From contig CM060734.1 in NCBI GenBank assembly GCA_030704615.1, positions 24,056,001 through 24,120,000 on the forward strand: DNA of 64,000 bases, read 5' to 3'. The notes under the pieces are model-generated. The model worked only from the letters and a program-made list of their open reading frames with translations. It searched no databases and was not told where the DNA came from. The stretch comes from Takakia lepidozioides. Taxonomy: Eukaryota > Plantae > Bryophyta. Positions 50,655 through 64,000 of this stretch are shown piece by piece (the stretch's first letter is position 1; each line of letters starts with the position of its first letter). A program made the translations under genes and the position numbers.

Positions 50655-51322
50655 TGATGCAAATCATGCTACCATGTTATAGGAATTAGACACTATACAA
50701 TACAAAGTGCTTTATTAATTAGGAGCTCTCCTCCCAACCATGAAGACACCAGAGTAACTATATGGTCCTTCTCCCCCAAGCTCTTACCTATTCGACTCCA
50801 AGAGTCACTAATTGATGTACCTCTTAACATCTGATTGGTTGCTCAAGTGTTATGTCCTCTTAGGCTACAGCCAATTAAATAATAATTGCTAGATAGTTCT
50901 AATTTCAATAGATGTCGTCATTCCAGGTGACTCTTGAGGCAGAAAAGCGGGAGCAAATGCAACCATTCTTGCACCGGGACTCGTCGAAAACCGAGATGAG
51001 TTGCATGCGTCTCCTTTCTCCACATCTAGAAACTGCTGCAAGCAGAGAAAACCAAGCCTTACGCCCCTCAATCATCAGATCCGAGAAAATCCTAGCAAGG
51101 ATTGTCCTGATGCTGGGGGCAATGCCATTATACACAAATTCACACCTAGACTTCCAGATATTCTAGAGTGGGGGCCCTTAAGCATGCCCATACGGGGCAA
51201 TGGTTCCATGTGCCCTAGGGAGAGTTAAGGAGTGAGGGGGGTTTGAGATATCAATGGGGGACCAATTAGAATAGAAGGCTGCCACATGCCATGTATTAGC
51301 TCCACAGGCATTTGCCATCCTT

Positions 51323-51558
51323 ATATATATATATATATATATATATTTGAAAGGAAACCTGGGAGCGACAGCCCACAATTCAGGCCCTTGAGGAGGGGGA
51401 AAACCACCTTTCAATTATGGGCCATGAGGCCTACAGGACGATCAACGCCTAGACATACCGTCATGAACAATCCCACACACGGGGTAGGGCAGCGGGTTTG
51501 AACCCGGAACCACCAGGGCGACGCACCGTGCACTTACCAGCTGAGCTACCATCCGGCG
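51323..51558 (-). mobile_element. tRNA-derived SINE
   Basis: rc A box TAGCTCAGCTGG, B box GGTTCAAACC, (TA)n tail, 10-bp TSD TGCCATCCTT (51313-51322 and 51559-51568). Confidence 0.85.
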
Positions 51559-52742
51559 TGCCATCCTTGTGCATTTTGAAAAAAGAAATATAATTTTTGG
51601 ATGAATTATGAATAAGTTATGAATTTCTTATGACTGATCATAGGTATCTCTATAAGCATAAGTTCATTGAGTGGGGTCATCGATGATGCCTAATCGGGAC
51701 TTTGTCAATGCCATGCAAGTTAGTGAAGACTGCAAATGTAACATCAACATCAAAAACTAAACTTTGAAGATGTTGAGGAAAAGTAACTAATCATGTACTC
51801 ACGACTTATTCAATGCTCTATGCTTCATATCACAGTTTTTCATGAGAGATCTTCACTATTTCTCTACTCTGTTCTTTTAACAACCCCCCAGCCGACCTAC
51901 CACTGCCACTTCAGGACTGGCCTCCAACAGTCACTACAACTACACATAACAAGATTACAAAACAGTAGCCACAGAGCTATTCCATGTTTGAATGAATTGC
52001 TTCACCAGGTAGATTGATCACTTGTATTGACAAGATTGCATATTAAGATGTTGATTTTGAGGAAATGTTCTAGTTTTTGTGCAGGCTGGAGAGATCTCCC
52101 TTGAAGCCAAGGGTGGTTTTTGCAGATGGCGACGTTATCATTCTCCCAGCATTTGAGGACCCACGACAGTAACCCACTAGTTTCATTTGCTTCACATTCT
52201 GAGTAGCAGCTTTTGTATTGCGCATCTGCCTAAACAACATCATCAGATTTGAGGAAGCTGCCTATGGTAGTACCATATCTGAATAAGCATGGATATTTGA
52301 AGTAGTAGAATTTTGTAGGATTTTGATGTCAATTTTGTTCAAACAATGGGGTAATCAATGTGCTACCTACCATGTACCAGATATTAGAACACCAAGGTCA
52401 CCTGGTTTACTCAAGGGGCCCTTAAAAAGGGTATTTCACTCTGGAGAGCACAGTATCAAACAGTCTAGATTAGTGGTGTGCAGTCAAAGGAGGGGCGTTG
52501 GTAATGGACCAGACTAACCTACCTCAGCCACATGGAACAAGCCTGCTGACTCCAGTGTCATCTAGATCCTTGGACAATTCGTAACACAGATTTACATTCT
52601 TCAGGGAATTTGACAAAGGGGAATCGGTTAGTGTAAACAGCTACTCAAACTGTCTATTGACAAGTGGAACCCCCATCCACGCATGTTAGCTCCTTCAGTT
52701 TGAGATGAATTCAGGTCAACTGTGGGTTAAGGATATAGTCTA

Positions 52743-53742
52743 TTATGAATGGGACCGTCGGGATCGCTGGTACAGTAGGTAACCCACAAAAGCTGACATG
52801 AAGAACGTCCATAAAACCTGTAATGAGGCCAGGCAGATGATTTCAGCCCAGAAAGTAGCTAATAACCTAGCACATTCTAAACACTTGCAGATTCAGAATG
52901 CCAGGTGTTAAAGGTTAGAACTTTGCTCACTGAAGATCTGAGGTCAAGTCCTTACCGTGTTGACCATTTGCCATTTTTCGAGTCTCCTCACCCGGAGCTC
53001 CAATCCCTCTAATATACACTCCACAGACACTGCAGGACTCACCAGTGTCTCCGATCCAGCAGTCGCTCCCTGGAAGTGAAACCAAAGACACATCAACCCC
53101 ACTGTCACTGTTCCTCATCTATCAATTTTGCTGAGGCTAACTGGAACAATTTGCCGTGGCAAGTGATCAGGCGAACAGGCACTCCATCCTGGCAGGCATC
53201 TGGGCAACAAACCAATGAGATACCATAGGTGAAAAAATGAAATAAGTCTGCAGGATAAGGTTTGTTGAGGAACTATTTCCATATTAGTATGAGAGCTGCT
53301 TACTGAATCAAACAAGAGATAAGCCTTCACTTAACACTAGTCAGCAATGCCACCACTGGCATAAGAAAGGCAGACTTGGACCTGAGCCTGCACATAATTG
53401 ACCAGTTCCTGCAATCGTGCTGCTTGTGGGTCTTGCATACCCTTGCTGTCTCCACCATCACCAAGGATGATTTCGATGTAGGGCTGGTAGGAGAACAAAG
53501 CAGCTTGGTCAGAATCCATAACCATATGAGCATAAGAGTGAGAATCTATGCAAACCTGGTTTGGCAGGTTCCCACCAACTTAAACTGTGGTATATGCAGC
53601 AGATGTAGAATCTTACCATGGTGGTGTAACTGCCCTCCAGACTAAGAGCGAGTCCTGCAGCTGCGACTGCCTCCTTGTTAGAGCCTTTTATCTGAATATA
53701 TGGCGTGGATATGTTCTTCAGGTGGTCCACCTCCACTAGAAG
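52743..53742 (-). CDS. 3' exons of an At2g01460-like uridine kinase/CYTH (TTM-related) protein with C-terminal membrane anchor; exons 53617-53742, 53382-53483, 52956-53069, 52743-52817
   Basis: GT-AG bounded, phase-0 exons translate to LLVEVDHLKNISTPYIQIKGSNKEAVAAAG...QAARLQELVNYVQAQ...RVRRLEKWQMVNT-VLWTFFMSAFVGYLLYQR*; upstream exons were not resolved. Confidence 0.85.
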
Positions 53743-54648
53743 CTGCAAGTCATTGCCAATGTTGTTCAGGTGACCATTAATATGGCATGCATGAAGAATC
53801 CTTCTGACCAAGTGCATGAGCAGACCAGAGATCCACTTGGATGCAATCCTTATGGACCTGCATACAACTATGTCTTTAAAAAATTGTCACGTGTTGACCT
53901 CCTAACTGCCAGAGGTTTGAAGGGTCATATTTCAAAATAAGCTTTATAATTCCCATTGTCACATTGAAAGAGACGGGTAACTTTTCTGAAGTCTCAAAAG
54001 ATACACCCAAAACTTGTCTTCCAAGTACAAAGGTACAGCTGCATCCTATGGGTGTTCAGGAACTATTCCATGCAGCAGGAGCGTCTACGAAAATGTTGTC
54101 TTACACTCACATCACCATCTTATTTATAAGGATGAAGCAGCTGCTGGTGGCTCATTAGATCCCTGCAAAGCAAGGAGTCATTGGTGGCTTCTTTTGAATA
54201 GGCCATTGCACCATACCTTGGTGTCCAAAGCATTCACTATTAGCCTGGAAACCTAAGCTCCACAATCAACCTCTCATCTTTGGCAACTACAGAGACCGAA
54301 CACGAATTGCAGATTTCAGCAATCATGTAAATATGTGAGGCTGTCTGAAATGTATCTCTGTATGAGTGAGATGGCACGTTCCCCTTGCGACCTCATAGTC
54401 ATCCCCACAAAACTCTATCCCACTTTCTATGCAATTACAAGGGCTAAAAATTCTATAGCTGAACTCTGTCTTAGAACTGTCAAATAGACTATCAAGTTGG
54501 CATGGTTTGCAATGAAACTCGTCATTATTTACATCACTAGTTCAATGGACATTGTAATGCAGCATAGGTGTGAACCTCCATGTATCTAGCAGCATTCGAA
54601 CATGACCAAACAACTCTAGCCTGTCTCTAGACAATTTGCGTCTACCAG

Positions 54649-55148
54649 NNNNNNNNNNNNNNNNNNNNNNNNNNNNNNNNNNNNNNNNNNNNNNNNNNNN
54701 NNNNNNNNNNNNNNNNNNNNNNNNNNNNNNNNNNNNNNNNNNNNNNNNNNNNNNNNNNNNNNNNNNNNNNNNNNNNNNNNNNNNNNNNNNNNNNNNNNNN
54801 NNNNNNNNNNNNNNNNNNNNNNNNNNNNNNNNNNNNNNNNNNNNNNNNNNNNNNNNNNNNNNNNNNNNNNNNNNNNNNNNNNNNNNNNNNNNNNNNNNNN
54901 NNNNNNNNNNNNNNNNNNNNNNNNNNNNNNNNNNNNNNNNNNNNNNNNNNNNNNNNNNNNNNNNNNNNNNNNNNNNNNNNNNNNNNNNNNNNNNNNNNNN
55001 NNNNNNNNNNNNNNNNNNNNNNNNNNNNNNNNNNNNNNNNNNNNNNNNNNNNNNNNNNNNNNNNNNNNNNNNNNNNNNNNNNNNNNNNNNNNNNNNNNNN
55101 NNNNNNNNNNNNNNNNNNNNNNNNNNNNNNNNNNNNNNNNNNNNNNNN
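54649..55148. other. assembly gap (500 N)
   Basis: Run of N. Confidence 1.
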
Positions 55149-58100
55149 TTACTGTAAATGGGGCTGGTTTCATGTTACTTAGACCAAGCTTCTTCCTTAA
55201 TTGGTTGTCATGATATTTACTCCAGAACCTCCATCTATCAGTACATCAGTTAGTTCTGTGCTCCAATTCTCAATTGGATTACTGGCATAGAATCATCAAA
55301 GTCCATGACTGTTTCTCGCCCTTCCGGCTTCACATTATAACTGGTCACCTTGCTGTTCAGGTCTGTGTTTCCTGTCTCCTGGGCAATTCGATTGATTGCT
55401 TGATACAGCCTGTGCCTACAATAAGGTGCCACAGCTAATAGCTGTCCAATGGTAATTTCTACTTTGGTCTGGCATATTACTTCAGCCAAAATCTCTTCAT
55501 TACTTTGCATGTCTGCATCTTCTTTCTTCCTTTCTTCCTCTCTCCCTTCTTCTTCTCCATCAGAATCAGAGGAATCTGCCAAAGGAATATCAGTACTCTT
55601 TGCTGCATTTCCCTTATAGTATCTGCCACTTCCTTGTGCAGTTCCTTCTCATCTTTCCAAGTCTCTTCATCTTCAGGCATATCATTGCCACCTTCATTAT
55701 CATCTTCTTCTCTACTACTGGAGGTATTAGTTTGGCTTTACTTCTTGTTACTATCATTGTACTTGCTTCTGTTACAACACATGGCCTAACCATGTGAGCT
55801 GCCACCACTGGGCCCTCATTCACAGGAGCTCTCATCTCATTCTGGTGTCTTATCCAGAATGAACAGGCTGCCCTGCGATGTCCTGGCTGATTACAATAGT
55901 AACATAGTTCTTCACCATTGGGTCCTCGCCCTTGGTCTGTTCTTGGATTATTTCTATAATCCTGATTCCCGGGCTGTAATTCCCCCTTGGATTACCCTGA
56001 TAATTGCCTTTGGAATTTCCTTGGTAATTCCCTCTTGAATTACCTCTCCCTTCCATGCCATTGTTATAACCACCAGACCTACCATAGTGGTCCTGATCAT
56101 TGTTTCTTCTTGGCTGGGGCTGCACTGATGCACCCTTACTTGCCTAGGTTCTCTTGCAGCTGTCCTTCTGTTGTAGTAACAATTCTCAGTAAAATGGTTA
56201 TCCATTTTACAGATAGTACAGTGTTTCTCCTTCATGTGGCATTCTGTGGTGGTATGGCCCTTCACTTTTTGCACACACATACACCCTTCCTCCAATGTGT
56301 TGCAGCCTCTGTGGCATACTTCTTCAAGATTTCTTCCAATCTTTTTTCATAGTTATCCCTCTTCAACTTTTCCTTCTCTTACTCTTTCTTTTTAGTTCTT
56401 GCTCTTCTTCTTCATCTGACTCATCCTCAGAGTCCTCATCATCCTTTTTCTCTCTCCTGAGCATTCCCATTGCTCAATTTGTTTGCAGTTTCAAATGCCT
56501 CCTCCACTGTATTATGGGGTAACATATCCACTTTCTTTTGCAACTCTGGTCTTAATCCACTCACAAACGTAAACCGGGTGCTGGTACTGCAGCCAGCTTT
56601 TTCATCATCAATTCCATCTTTTCCATATACTCCTCAACAGTTTCATGCTTCTTTTGCTTTAACTGTTGTAAACTTCCATACACTTCATCTTCAGTTTTAC
56701 TTGTCCTGAACCTATTTCGAAATGCTGTACTCAAGCCATTCCAGGTTAGGAAATGATTATCAGGGAATCTTGCATACCATTCACTTGCTTTCTTGATGAG
56801 TGAACAAGGAAACAATCTCATCTTGGCATCATCGCCATTCTCATTGTTCACTATACACATGTGCTCAAATTGGCTAATGTGTACATCGGGATCCCATTTT
56901 TCTGAATATATTGGAAAGGGTGGTTTTGCCCGTGTTGGTTGTAACGCCATCTGTGGCCCTACCTTCTGCCCGTGCTGGCACCCTTATTGGTGCTAATCCT
57001 TCTGGACCTGTTGTTTTTGTGGTGGATCTTCCACCAAGTGGTGGCCCTTGAGCACTCCCTGCTTCTAGCCCCACTATATTCACAGTATTCCCAGCTTCAG
57101 TTGCACTACTTCCCACACTCCCTGTCCCCCCAGAGCCAGATCCAGGCAGCCCGCCTGATCCCCCTGAGCCGACACATTCGTTGGCCTGTGATCCAAGTGC
57201 TCCACTTGATCCAGGTCCAACGGGTTGGGATGTCCTGGTTGTAGTCTCAACCTCAGCTGTTGGGTCTATTTCTTCATATTCTTCCTCTTCCAATTTCTTC
57301 TCTCTGTTTTCATCCTCCAAGTTCTGCCCTTGGGTTTCTTCTTCACTCATGTAACTCAACTGTAATGGTGTTGGAGAGTCTGAACTCTCCGTTGGCTCTG
57401 CCACATCCTCTTCTCCTTCTTCACCTTCCGCTTCAGAAACTGGAGTTCCTGCTTTTGGTGTTCCATGCCAACTCTTATCAAAGATTTCTGTCAAATCTTG
57501 TATCCAGGGATGTACCCCAGATCTTTCACCTCTTGATTGATCTTCTTTCTGTACCAATTCCCTTAATCTTTCTTGCAAAGAAACAGAAGGAGTGGCATCC
57601 AACTCTAGTTCTTCCGGTATGGGTGATGTACTCTTTGATCTTAATGGTGTGAGAGGTCCAGATGATTCCCCTATGTCTATTCCCTCTCTCCCAAAGATAT
57701 GGATAATTAGCTTTCAGATAGCTTTCTCTTTTTGCTGAATATCTCTGGCGTCTAGCTTCTCTTTCATCACTCATGTCCCATGTCTTTCATTTCTTTTAAT
57801 GTGGCAATAACCAAAACTCTCTTCTGTAATATCTCTCGTATATGCCTGGGTTTCTTTCAAGCTTCAATGCACCCTTGGTATACTTGAAGTCTCCGTTACC
57901 ATATAACCATATGGCAAACAAGTCTGGAAAGCTGTTCTTGGTGTGAGTTTGATCCACAAAATATCCTTTGGAATCCAATTCTTTACCAGTACAAGCTCTT
58001 CATGCATATGAGTATAAACATTCACCTTTCTTTCTTCCCAGCCTTCAAACTCTACTCGCTTAATGGATAGCAATGCTATCACATAAACCAATGTTGGTAA

Positions 58101-60000
58101 CCAACGTGCTCTTCCTCTACAGGCTACCTGATAAATCTTTATCACTCCTTTCTCCAGACCCCATTCCGGATCAGCATCATGCACTCGCTTAAGAATATTT
58201 TCTTTACAACCGTCTGGCAATTCCAAGAACCTTTGAAAGAATTGTTTGGACAATCTTTCTTCCTTCGTTCCACAGGGAATTTGATTCACTTCAAATTCAT
58301 TTTTATGGTCCAACCACCATGATCCCACCAGATGCCTATCACATCTGGTTGTTCATGACTCAGTTCCCCAGTATGGTCGCCAAATGTCGCACAGCTTTTA
58401 CTCACCCCATCCTTCGCTATCCGAGGTGGAAACTCCAAGATAGAAGAGTTGGAAATCTCTAAGCACTCAGCCCGCGCAGAACAATCAGTCATGACCTACA
58501 GCTAGTGTATCATGGGGGTGTTTCCTATTTGTTTCCCTTTCCGCATTCATGTTAGCTACCTTACCATTGATAATTAAGTATCAGTTTGCTTCATCAATCT
58601 ATCGGATTCCATCAACTCGTCAATTCATTCCACAGCTTCACTCAGATCTCTCTACACAGTGTGATTGTATCGTATAAGTATCAGTATATGATTTATCAGG
58701 TATCAGGCCGAAGCCATTGTGTCTCTAATCTGCTCTACAATATCACTACAGCTTTGCATATAACAAGCATCTCCTAATCATCTTTCCTCCTTCACCCTGC
58801 TCTTCATCTTTGCTTCCCCTCTTGCTCTCCGCCCGATCCCCTCTCATGCATAACCAAGAACCCCCCAGAATCCTCCTCCTCCCCTCCAAAATCCCTGCTT
58901 CTCCCTTCATCTTCCTACCCGTGGCTCTAACCGTTTCCCTCACTAACCGTCGTCCGTGAACTAACATGTTCCATTTGCAAGTGTTGTTCCCCACAGTCGT
59001 TCCCTGTCCTGCTCTCCGTTCCCTATGGTCGTGACAGCTGTGTCAAGCTGTGACTGGCTGTGTGAAACTGTGACGGGCTGTGACTGGCTGTGCGACTGTG
59101 TTTGGCTGTGTCGGGCTGTGACTGGCTATGTGGATGTGTCTGCTGTGACGACTGTGATGGGCTGTGTTGGCTGTGTCGGCTGTGACGACTGTGACTGGCT
59201 GTGTTGGCTGTGTCGGCTGTGTTGGCTGTGACTGGCTGTGTAACCCTCCTCTACAGTGCGCTGCTGTCACCCCTAAGGCTCCTGTTGGTCTCAGTCTGTG
59301 CAAAAATTAAGGGTACCCTGCAGATCCCGTATAAGTGTCTAAGTCCCAGACAGTCCTCTAACAGGTGTTTGTCCCGATTGTTTTATAAGAAAAACAAGAC
59401 TCCTTCAATGATGAATGACATCTGAATCTAGGGCGATGGTTGTCTTGGAAATCCCACCCTCCCACCCTAATTTTTTTTTTCATGTGTTTTCAGGAAGATG
59501 ACACGAGTTTTTATCAGGTAAGATACTGCCTATGGAAGGTGAAGTTAGATAGTGCCTTGTTATGAGGCTGATTTGTCGTTGATTTGACAAAGACCTTGTT
59601 TGGTCTTGTCCATGTCCCGACAAGACATAGTATCTTCCCTCTCTATTCTTGACCAGTGTACTCAGTGGTTTCTGTACACACTCTCTCTCTCTCTCTCTCT
59701 CTCTCACCTGCCATTTTCCAGTTTTCTTACTATGATGTACTAACACCTTTAATGGAAAGCCACGGGGTATCAGCCCCCTATACCTCCATAACAATAGTGT
59801 GGAGCAACAAATCCCTCATAAGGTATGATGATCCTCTCCGACAAAAATTTGTTGGCGGATTGGACAACGAGAGAAAGGCATTGCTTTGAAGAACATCTAA
59901 GGGTTTCTTGCATACTAATATTATGAGCTAGGCCCGGGTAAAACAGCCTGTTAGAGTATGTGTGTACACCTTCTACATGATCCGGTCAATGCACATTACT
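55149..60000 (-). mobile_element. non-chromovirus Gypsy 5' part (upstream ORF, gag, zinc knuckles, protease), cut by the gap
   Basis: Gag WDPDVHISQFE...RLFPCSL...ASEWY (56561-56950); CTICKMDNHFTENC; protease VLIDGGSGVNIM at about 55210-55245. Confidence 0.8.
59030..59240. repeat. low-complexity GGCTGTG(AC/T) tandem repeat
   Basis: About 20 short units in the Gypsy leader. Confidence 0.85.
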
Positions 60001-61110
60001 CCTGTTAACTGGTAACCTGTAGTTGATGCCTTATGTCAGCATCAGATCCCTTATGATGAAAAACCTTCCCTACTCGTGGGCTTTAATACTTCTCCTGGAT
60101 GTGGGTTTGCTCTTTATAGCACCACTAAAAAAATGCATGTCCTTTCACATACCTTAAGGAAATCTGGTTTTAAAACCATAAAGCTGGCTGATATGGTGAA
60201 AAAGATGGGCAGCAGATTGCTGCCAATGTTTTTATTCACATGTTCATGTTGTGAATCACGGGCAGTAGACTACTGCCACTGGCTGAAGAACACAAGTTCT
60301 TATTCATACCTTTGGAAAAAACGGTTCTAACCATAAAGTTGGCTGATATGGTGGAAAAATGTGCAGTAATTTATTGCCATCGGTTGAAGAACACCTGTAA
60401 TTTATGAACTCTTGCGTGCCCCAGCTATATGAATGTTTTGTCCATATAATTTTCTCTTGACTTGGGAAGCAGAGACTGTAGCTTTTTAACCAAAGATAAA
60501 ACTACATCGCACGGAGATTCTTCCTTGGTCTCTACTTCTTTACAAGAGCTTGTTGACAAGATAAGAGGTAAGACGGAAAACGCATGACTCTATATTCTTG
60601 CCAAGTTTGATTTATGCTATGCCAATGTTCACTCGTGATCTGAGGGCAGAGAGAACGTAGACCTTTTATCTTTTTTGGTATTCAAGTCCAAGGACATAAC
60701 TACATTGTAGAGGGAGAGCCTTATGAGAATGGGTCCGGTATGCACTCCCTTACGGGGTGAGTGCATACCACACTCACTCCATAAGGGACTGCCATACCAG
60801 GGGTTGGATGGTGGGCGCCCCCTCTCTCCCTCTCTCCAATTATCTGTTTGGGATTAACAATTATTTTCCTAAGCCTACCTGGTTTGGAAATACCTTCTTT
60901 CTAATCCCTAATGGAATATGTTTTGAATTTCATCCATACCGGATGAAAAATATGCCAGGTATAATCCCTAACTGGATGAATTATTGTCTCGAGCCTTACC
61001 ACTAAGGATGTAGCCTGCAACGGATTACATCCATCCTGGACGTTACCCTAACGGATGTAAACCTAAGAGGATGTAACTCTAATGAAGTGCAAAATTTCAT
61101 CCCAGTGGAT

Positions 61111-62250
61111 GGGGGCTGCTATTTCATGAGCGGCATGAGCATGAGCGGGAAAAAAAAAAGCATGAGCAGTCCATTGTGAGTCCACGGAAATAGGGTTAGG
61201 AGGCACGGAAATAGGGTCATGTGAAGTTGGAATGTGGCACCAGTGGACTTGAAATGCAACATATTATTGCAAATTTTGTGGCAAGCCACGTCTATACAAG
61301 TGTGTTCTAACTGTCATAGCCGGAATGGACACTATTCTCCTATACCCTCCGAGGAACTTGCCCCACCTTCTTCCTCATCCCCCTCATCCCCCTCATTCTC
61401 CGAGCTTTATGATGCATCAGTTTCACTATGCCTCTCAAAAATCCCGTCCTCTTGGGGGACTGTCCACCTCACCTCCTGGGAATCTTCTGCATCTTCTCCC
61501 CCAAATTTTGCGCGCCGACCTACCTGGCGGATGGAAATCCGGCGCCGGATTTCCATCCATCCGCTCTTCGAATTACCTGCATGACTGGAAAAATGGCGCC
61601 GAATTTCCGATTTTGGTGCCAGCCACCCTCGGGACTTAGCCATTTTCGGGGCCGAAAATGGCTAAGTCCCAGATCTGACTGAGCCCCAAACTGGAAAAGT
61701 GGCGTTTTTTCTTTTTTTTTTTCTTTTTTTTTTCTTTTTTTTTTCGGCGCCATTTTTCTAGTTCGGGGCCGAAAATGGCTAAGTCCCAGATCTGACTGGG
61801 CCCAGAATTGGAAAAATGGCGCCGAATTTCCGATTTTGGGTGCTAGTCAGATCTGGGACTTAGCCGTTTTCGGCCTCGAACTGGAAAAATGGCGTTTTTT
61901 TTTTTTTTTTTTTTTTTTTTTTTCGGTGCCATTTTTCCAGTTCGGGGCCGAAAATGGCCAAATCCCAGATCTGACTGGCACCAAAATCGGAAATTCAGCG
62001 CCATTTTTCCAGTCATGCAGGTAATTCGAAGAGCGGATGGATGGAAATCCGGCACCGGAGTAGGTCGGCGCGCAAAATTTCCATCATGCAGGTAATTCAG
62101 AGCGCGGATGGATGGAAATCTGGCACCGGATTTCCATCCATCCGCACTTCGAATTACCTCCATGACTGGAAAAAAGGCGCCGAATTTCCGATTTTGGTGC
62201 CAGTCAGATCTGGGACTTAGCCGTTTTCGGCCCCGAACTGGAAAAATGGC

Positions 62251-62284
<34 letters not shown>

Positions 62285-62705
62285 CGGCGCCATTTTTCTA
62301 GTTCGGGGCCGAAAATGGCTAAGTCCCAGATCTGACTGGCACCAAAATCGGAAATTCGGCGCCATTTTTCCAGTCATGTAATTCGGAGAGCGGATGGATG
62401 GAAATCCGGCGCCGGATTTCCATCCGCCAGGTAGGTCGGCGCGCAAAATTTCCATCATGCAGGTAATTCGGAGCGCGGATGGATGGAAATCCGGCGCCGG
62501 ATTTCCATCCGCCAGGTAGGTCGGCGCGCAAAATTTCCATCATGCAGGTAATTCGGAGCGCGGATGGATGGAAATCCGGCGCCGGATTTCCATCCATCCG
62601 CTCTTCGAATTACCTCCATGACTGGAAAAATGGCGCCGAATTTCCGATTTTGGTGCCAGTCAGATCTGGGACTTAGCCGTTTTCGGCCCGATCTGGAAAA
62701 AAAAC

Positions 62706-62756
<51 letters not shown>

Positions 62757-64000
62757 CCGGCGCCATTTTTCCAGTTCGGGGGCGGAAATGGCTAAGTCCC
62801 AGATCTGACTGGCACCAAAATCGGAAATTCGGCGACATTTTTCCAGTCATGCAGGTAATTCGAAGAGCGAATGGATGGAAATCCGGCACCGGAGTAGGTC
62901 GGCGCGCAAAATTTCCATCATGCAGGTAATTCGGAGCGCGGATGGATGGAAATCCGGCGCCGGATTTCCATCCATCCGCTCTTCGAATTACCTCCATGAC
63001 TGGAAAAATGGCGCCGAATTTCCGATTTTGCTGCCAGTCAGATCTGGGACTTAGCCGTTTTCGGCCCCGAAAAGGAAAAATGGCGGTTTTTTTTTTTTTT
63101 TTTTTTTTTTGGCGCCATTTTTCCAATTTGGGGCCGAAAATGGCTAAGTCCCAGATATGACTGGCACCAAAATCGGAAATTCGGCGCCATTTTTCTAGTC
63201 ATGCAGGTAATTCGAAGAGCGGATGGATGGAAATCCGGCGCCGGACTTACATCCGCCATGTAGGTCGGCGCGCAAAATTTCCATCATGCAGGTAATTCGG
63301 AGCGCGGATGGATGAAAATCCGGCGCCGGATTTCCATCCATCCGCTCTTCGAATTACCTCCATGACTGGAAAAATGGCGCCGAATTTCCGATTTTGGAGC
63401 CAGTCAGATCTCGAACTTAGCCGTTTTCGGCCCCGAACAGGAAAAATGGAGTTTTTTTTTTTTTTTTTTTTTGGCGCCATTTTTCCAGTTCGGGGCTGAA
63501 AATGGCTAAGTCCCAGATCTGACTGGCACCAAAATCGGAAATTCGGCGCCATTTTTCCAGTCATGCAGGTAATTCGAAGAGCGGATGGATGGAAATCCGG
63601 CGCCGGATTTCAATCCGCCAGGTAGGTCGGCGCGCAAAATTTCCGTCTTGCAGGTAATTCGAAGCGCGGATGGATGGAAATCCGGCGCCGGATTTCCATC
63701 CTCCAGGTAAGTCGGCGCTGCAAATTCCGTAGGGCGGCGCGCCAAATTTCCCTCACGCAGGTAATTCGGAAGCGGATGGATGGAAATCCGGCGCCGAATT
63801 TCCATCCTGCAGGTAATTCGAATCCCGGATAGATGGAAATTCGGCGCCGAATTTCCATCCTGCAGGTAATTCGAATCCCGGATGGATGGAAATTCGGCGT
63901 CGAATTTCCATCCAGCAGGTAAGTGCAATCGCGGATGGATGGAAATCCGGCGCCCAATTTCCATCCAGCAGGTAAGTGGAATCGCGGATGGATGGAAATC
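61111..64000 (+). mobile_element. MULE-family element with an expanded palindromic higher-order array; runs off the right edge
   Basis: TIR GGGGGCTGCTATTTCATGAGC at 61111, same family as 26778-30837 and 24600-25221. Confidence 0.75.
61525..64000. repeat. array of nested palindromes: ATGGATGGAAATCCGGCGCCGGATTTCCATCCAT alternating with ~85-bp-stem hairpins with poly-T loops
   Basis: Higher-order units of about 300-420 bp; poly-T loops at about 61710, 61895, 62252, 62707, 63086 and 63452. Confidence 0.9.

Noticed and set aside
51480-51558. tRNA gene (also 26585-26655)
   Set aside because: A and B boxes are present, but the cloverleaf is not convincing and each has a tail and TSD, so they are SINEs.
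53820-54300. further upstream exons of the uridine kinase/CYTH gene
   Set aside because: Only weak resemblance (for example GLWSLGFQA) and no consistent splice frame could be set by eye.
54616-55173. ORFs spanning X runs
   Set aside because: They cross the 500-N gap.
61234-63964. many overlapping ORFs with poly-K/poly-F tracts
   Set aside because: They are translation artefacts of the palindromic array.

Overview
Eukaryotic, transposon-dense DNA from a plant, most likely a non-seed land plant (inferred from the element types). There are only two host genes: the 5' 690 codons of an intronless ATX1/ATX2-like trithorax gene running off the left edge, and the last four exons of an At2g01460-like uridine kinase/CYTH membrane-anchored gene near 53 kb. 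The rest is nested LINEs, Gypsy/Copia relics, MULEs, hAT elements, SINEs, palindromic arrays and a 500-N gap. The main candidate for a new system is a 10.6-kb Ty3/Gypsy element (33215-43824). Its Pol carries a C5 DNA methyltransferase upstream of and in frame with RT, and its integrase ends in a PHD finger. It lacks ordinary LTRs and has split direct repeats (A...B-A-B) with a palindromic GACA-GC-TGTC junction and a Tf1-like self-complementary primer site. An older relative at 19.3 kb shares the same 5' terminus and primer site. A second, unrelated methyltransferase (beta-class N4C/N6A-like, degenerate) is carried inside a MULE at 11440-15300. All calls come from reading motifs by eye; no searches were run.
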